Source: Ilumatobacteraceae bacterium (GTDB lineage: Bacteria; Actinomycetota; Acidimicrobiia; Acidimicrobiales; Ilumatobacteraceae). Taken from it: 64,000 nucleotides of DNA. A model generated the notes under the pieces. It saw only the letters and a program-made list of their open reading frames with translations, was not told where the DNA came from and did no database searches. The stretch spans positions 2,820 to 66,819 of the forward strand of contig CAWHJP010000020.1 of NCBI GenBank assembly GCA_963829675.1, read 5' to 3'. Shown here piece by piece: positions 59,282 through 64,000 of this stretch (within the stretch, counting starts at the first letter, position 1; every line of letters begins with the position of its first letter). A program made the translations under genes and the position numbers.

Positions 59282-59644
59282 AATGGTTCCCCCTTGGTTC
59301 TTGCACCCGACACGGTTGTCGGAGGGCGCAACCGCTACCCGCTCCGTCCGGGCACAAACGCTCGGGCTCGCCTCGGAATCGACGCGAACCGGAGGGTGCG
59401 ACGGGAACATTTCCGCGTCCGGCGACGGGCCACGACAGCGCGCGAACCGTGCGACCTGCGTGTTTGCGCCGAGCGGAGTCGACGGACTTGTTCGATGGGG
59501 ATTGCTCGAGGAGAGAGCGTGACGACTCTGAGTGGTGCTGAAATCACCCTTTCAGGTGACTCGGTTCGTCGTCCGAAGCCAACTTCGGGGCCCGATCGCG
59601 AGGCCCGCCGGCGTCGACGAGACGTGACGGATGTCGTCGCCTTG

Positions 59645-60721
59645 ATGGACACGCGAGCCGTTTCGCCGGCGCGCCCTGAGGGGTACCGAGGGCCGGTGCC
59701 GATCGACCTCACCCCCGAACCAACCAAACGCATCGGACTCGTACTCGGTGGCGGCGGGATCGCCGGCATGGCCTTTCACGCCGGCGTGCTGCTGGCGCTC
59801 CATCACGACCTCGGCTGGGACGCCCGCGATGCCGACGTGATCGTCGGCACGTCGGCGGGCAGCATCGTCGGCGCGTTGCTGCGCGCTGGTGTGACACCCG
59901 AGGACCTTGCGGCGTGGGCCACCGACGCAACACCGACCCAGGACGGTCGCAAGTTCCGTGCCTTGATGCTTCACGCTGATCGCCTCGGGCCGGTGGCACG
60001 GGTCCCGCTGCCGACGCGGCCCAGGGTGGGTCGCGTTCAACACCTTCGCTCACCCCACGCAGTTGCGTGCCGCGCTGACGAGTGTGCTGCCGAACGGCCT
60101 GTCCGATCAGGCGCCACGGTTCGCCATCATCGACCGGATGCTCGATCGGTGGCCGGCGAAGCCGCTCTGGATCTCGGCCGTCCGCGTCGGCGACGGGCGA
60201 TTGACCTGGTTCGGCCGAACAGAATCCGACGGCACCCACACCGGTCCGCAAATGCGCGTCGACATCGACGGCCGCCCCGAACCGGTCCGACCCGCCGATG
60301 CCGTCGCCGCGTCCTGCGCGATTCCGGTGCTCGCACGGCCCGTCCAGATCGGCCGCCACCGATACGTCGACGGCGGTGTGCACTCTCGCGACCAACGCCG
60401 ACGGGCTCGCCGGCCGCGACCTCGATCTCGTGATCGTGTTGTCACCGATGGGCCATACGTCGAGCGACGCCTCCCGGTCGCCATCGCGCCGAGTCGCTCA
60501 CCGTCGTCTGCAACGCGAGGTACGAACACTTCGCGACCACGGCGTCGAAGTGCAAGTGATCAGCCCCGACACCGCCACGGTCAAGACAATGGGATGGAAC
60601 ATGCTCGAACGTGGCAACACCGCCAGCGTCATGCGCGCCGCGTTCCTCGGGACCGCACAGCAACTCCGGCCCGGAAGTGATCTCCGCGCTGGACGGGCGC
60701 GTCGCAGTCGAAATCGTCTGA
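59645..60721 (+). pseudogene. patatin-like phospholipase, about 3-4 frame breaks
   Basis: IGLVLGGGGIAGMAFHAGVL (oxyanion GGGxxG) and VGTSAGSIVGA (GxSxG) in ORF 58733..60433. It continues through ORF 60063..60680 (…AASCAIPVLARPVQIGRHRYVDGGVHS, catalytic DGG) and ORF 60298..60909, ending …PEVISALDGRVAVEIV with a stop at 60719-60721. Start: ATG 59645 or GTG 59519. Confidence 0.8.
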
Positions 60722-61626
60722 CATCAACCATCAGCCCGCGCACCGACAGTGCGACCCCGGGCGCGGATACGGCCATGCGTTGTGCACGGGTACGTCAGTT
60801 TCATGAGCCCGACCATCTCGTCTCGAGCGTTCTTTGCCCGGGCTGCCGGGTCGCGGTGGTGTGCGACCAGTGGTCAAACAGGCGCGGTCTGAGCTGGCTG
60901 GCTCGATGACGTTCCGGTCGGCGGGTACCAGCAGGTCATGCACGTCGTGGTCGAGCGCGGCCGAGTGTAGAGCCTGGCGTGACCTGGGATGTGCCGTCTT
61001 CATCGTGGCGTCCCTGGGAGTAATCTGCTGAGGTCTGCACTCACTCTTGTCGTGGGGGCCGTGGGCGTCCTGACCTTCGCCGGGTTCGGGATGGCTGGAT
61101 CGTCCTGCTGCTACAGCCGGTCCGGCTCTCGTCGTCGACGACACAGATTCAGCGACCGCGTCCGCCATGGCGGTCGGCCGGGTGCTATGGAGCGACGTCA
61201 CGTGGTGTCGGAACGAAGCATCTTCCGCGCTCCGCTCATCGTGGTCGATGTCCCGTGCCGGAGGCCTACGTGGCTCGGCTAGGCTGTTTTCCGCGGCTCC
61301 TCTGCCAGCTCCGACGTCCGCCTGGTTGGCTCGCCCGTCACCCTCGCTTCGGTGGTCCCAAGACCAGCTTTTCGAGCCTGTACACGCTGCTGCGTGACGG
61401 GTCGAGCAGTACCGCCTACAGGGCCCGAGGCTGATCTCACAGGGCGCGTGGTGCTGAACGGCATGTCCGCCCGTCGGTCTGCTGGTCCTTGGCGTGGAGC
61501 CCGGGGTCCCAGGTTCGGGTTCTTTGGGTGGTCGGGGTGTCCGTCGTCGATCCCGACGGAGTCGGTGGAACATCGACATAGCGGAGGGCAAGGCGGTGCC
61601 TGTTGGACAAACCTGTCCGCTCGGAC

Positions 61627-61653
61627 GGGGAAAAAATTGTGGGCGATTTCCCC
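61627..61653. promoter_or_regulatory. inverted repeat GGGGAAA-N13-TTTCCCC with an A6 tract, 19 bp upstream of the multicopper-oxidase start (candidate operator)
   Basis: Sequence GGGGAAAAAATTGTGGGCGATTTCCCC. The A/T run is unusual for this DNA. Confidence 0.3.
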
Positions 61654-61671
61654 TACTGGAAGGGGGACACC

Positions 61672-63898
61672 ATGGAAACGGTTCATGAGCCTTTGGACGG
61701 CATGAATCAGAAGTCAGGGGTGGGGCGTCGCGAGTTCATCCGACTCGGCGATCGGCGGCGTGGCAGTGGCGGCCGGTGCCGTCGCTTCGACGTGGTGCCG
61801 GACCTGCGCCAGCGGGGTCTGTTGTCGCTGAGGGTGTGTTCGATGCGGCGTCGATCGCGTGGGCGGACATGCTGTACGACGAGGTGTTCCCGACGAGCCC
61901 GTTGATCCTCAACCCGTTCAGCGACGCGTTGACGGTTCCCCAGGCGCTGCGACCCGAGCCGTACGGGGATGGACCTACTGGGACACGTGCCGGGGCCGGA
62001 GGAGGGTCGCCAGAACTCGTACGGCAACGACAGGCACCAGCGCTGGTGCGACGACCCGCAGGTCTGCGGTGCGACGACGCCGTTGGTGTACCGGATCGAG
62101 TGAAGGTGGACGAGCATTCGTTCACGTCGTCGCCGGTGTTGCCGATCAATGCGAGCGGTCTGCCCAGGGACTCCTTCGATCAACACGGAGGCGGGTCGCA
62201 GCGGTCCGCGTACCTGCCACCGAGCACGATCTACGGCTTCAACGGCACGTTCCCGGGACCGAGATCAACGCCGAGTACGGCCAACCGGTGCTCGTGCGGT
62301 TCGTCAACAACCTGGGCGAGAACGAAAAGGGCTGGATCGTCAGGACTTCGGTGCCCCGGACTATTCGTTCCTGACGCATCTGCACAACGCGCACACCGCA
62401 CCGGAGAGCGACGGCAACCCCCACTACTCGATGTTGCACGGCCCGTACAGCGAGGGGTACGGTCCCGGCGAGTGGGTCGACAATCTGTATTTGAATTGGC
62501 CGGCGGGTGATCTGAGAGGCGGAGAAGCAGAGTTTCTTCTGGTTCCACGATCACCGCATGGATCACACCGGCGCCAACGTGTACAAGGGCCTGGTCGGGT
62601 TGTACCCGATCTACGACCCGGTGCTCGATTTCGGTGACGAGACGGACCCCACGGACTGCGGCTGCCGGGCCGGCGCTCGGACCCCCGGGAAGAGGTTCCT
62701 TCGACGTCGACTACGACATCCCGTTGGTGTTCTTCGATGTCGCGTTGGACGACGGTGTCACCAATACCAGGACATGCACGACGGCATGGGCGGATACCCT
62801 GAAGCCGGCAACCCGCGCAAGCATCCGGAGTGGTGGGGCAAGACGTCTTCAAGCACTTCCCGAACCACGGGTTCGTCGGGGACTTGTTCACGGTCAACGG
62901 CAACGCGTTTCCGGTGTTGCAGGTCGAGCGGCGCAAGTACCGGTTCCGGTTCCTCGACGCCTCGGTCGCTCGCATCTACGACTTCCAGCTGATGAGCTCC
63001 ACCCGGGCCCCAAAGCGGCCCGGGACCTGGGGTACACGGGGCAGGAGATGCAGGGCCAGTACCGGATCCCGGATGGTCAGCAGTGCATGCAGTTCCACGA
63101 GATCGCCACCGACGGTGGTCTGTTGCCGATGCCGATCCCGCGGGACAACTTCGAGCTGTGGCCGGCTCAGCGTCGTGAGGTGATCATCGATTTCACCAAG
63201 TATCAGGACGGCATCACGCCGACGACACCGGGCGACGGGTCTACCTGACGAACGTGATGAAGATGAGGACGGCCGCATGTGGAACGTCGACGCGCAACCT
63301 CCCGACCCGCCTACAAGATCCCGATGCTGAAGTTCGTCATCGGCGACCTCCCGGAGAGCCCCCAGACCCGAACAATCCTGACGACCACGAAGAATGGACA
63401 AGAGTGTGATCCCCGGGCGTTGCGACCCTGCCGCCGGTACCGTCCGAACTGGAAGGACCTGATGGCCAACCGGATGGTGTTCGAACTGCAGCGTGGCAGC
63501 GGTGGCGGTGAGACGGAGTGGTTGGTCAACGGTCAGGGCTTCGACCGGGCCAACGTGGTGCGCAGCTTGAAGAACCCGGCCGGCAAGACGCCTTGGCGCA
63601 ACAGGGGATGGGCAGCTCCAACCTGTGGGAGACTCCGCAACGCCGTGGTGGCTGGGTGCACCCGATGCACCTGCACATGGAAGAACACCGCGTCGTGAAG
63701 CGAACAACAAAGTGATCACCGGACCGACGAACGCCGGGCCCGACGGGCACGGCAAGGAAGACGTGATCGGGCTCGATCCAGGTGAATCGGTGATCGTCTT
63801 CCGCCAGTTCCGTGACTTCGTGGGACCGTATGTGGCGCACTGCACAACCTGGCCCACGAGGACCACGCCATGATGTTCGCTGGGAGTCATCCCATAGC
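61672..63898 (+). pseudogene. large Tat-exported multicopper oxidase, at least 8 frame breaks
   Basis: RBS GGAAGGGGGA, then METVHEPLDGMNQKSGVGRREFIRLG (twin-arginine). Copper motifs lie scattered over all three frames: FLTHLHNAHTAPESDGNP, FWFHDHRMDHTGANVYKGLVGLYPIYD, WVHPMHLHMEEH and AHC(H)NLAHEDHAMMF. Probable stop at 63896-63898. Confidence 0.75.
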
Positions 63899-64000
63899 CC
63901 ACTGCGGACGTTTGGCGGCCAGAGCCGGGGACCGGCAGATTCACGCGTCCGTCGCACGAACGTCCCGCTCGGTAACTGGTATCAGGACGGCTGCGCCGCC

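Noticed and set aside
63941-64000. Possible 3' end of a minus-strand gene at the window edge (…GGAAVLIPVTERDVRATDA then stop)
   Set aside because: Only 19 codons are visible, which is not enough to distinguish it from chance open frame in GC-rich DNA.

Overview
GC-rich segment with strong GC3 bias. It looks like an actinobacterial-type chromosome: mycothiol synthase mshD, a SARP/AfsR regulator, DUF3499, a priA-type his operon, hisI-trpE and dnaG-rpoD. I can support about 65 protein-coding loci, 2 tRNAs (Asn-GTT, Met-CAT), one IS481-like transposase remnant beside tRNA-Met, several tandem and inverted repeats, and one promoter-plus-terminator-bounded candidate small RNA.

Gene blocks:
- 1-13.9 kb: secreted GH15 glucoamylase/glucodextranase, SulP permease and assorted small enzymes.
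- 14-21 kb: SARP regulator, acyl-CoA dehydrogenase, LmbE-like deacetylase, LLM oxidoreductase, MerR.
- 21-26 kb: phosphate-themed cluster (tyrosine-phosphatase-like, ParA-like ATPase, CYTH-CHAD, CYTH, GPP34).
- 26-33 kb: K+ channel, DUF3499, SRPBCC, phosphotransferase, rlmN, pepF, mshD.
- 33.7-37.7 kb: hisC-B-H-A-F.
- 37.8-45.8 kb: crotonase, AKR, GroES-like, Fe-siderophore binding protein, hisI, trpE, ygfZ, M50 protease.
- 45.9-52.7 kb: ppdK, terC, dnaG, rpoD.
- 52.9-64 kb: tRNA-flanked accessory-looking region (SDR, IS remnant, His phosphatase, NAD(P)HX dehydratase, small orphan genes, patatin, large multicopper oxidase).

Major caveat: roughly half of the loci need one or more frame changes to reconstruct a full-length product. 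These include dnaG, rpoD and ppdK, so indel errors in the assembly are more likely than real decay. For such loci I give the reconstructed span and use type pseudogene only to flag the broken frame. All frameshift positions are approximate and read by eye.

Most interesting candidates:
- A translationally coupled CYTH-CHAD/ParA module, possibly for polyphosphate-granule handling.
- A 6C-like small RNA.
- A set of VNTR-like and palindromic repeats.
- A tRNA-Met-linked IS remnant marking a probable island boundary.
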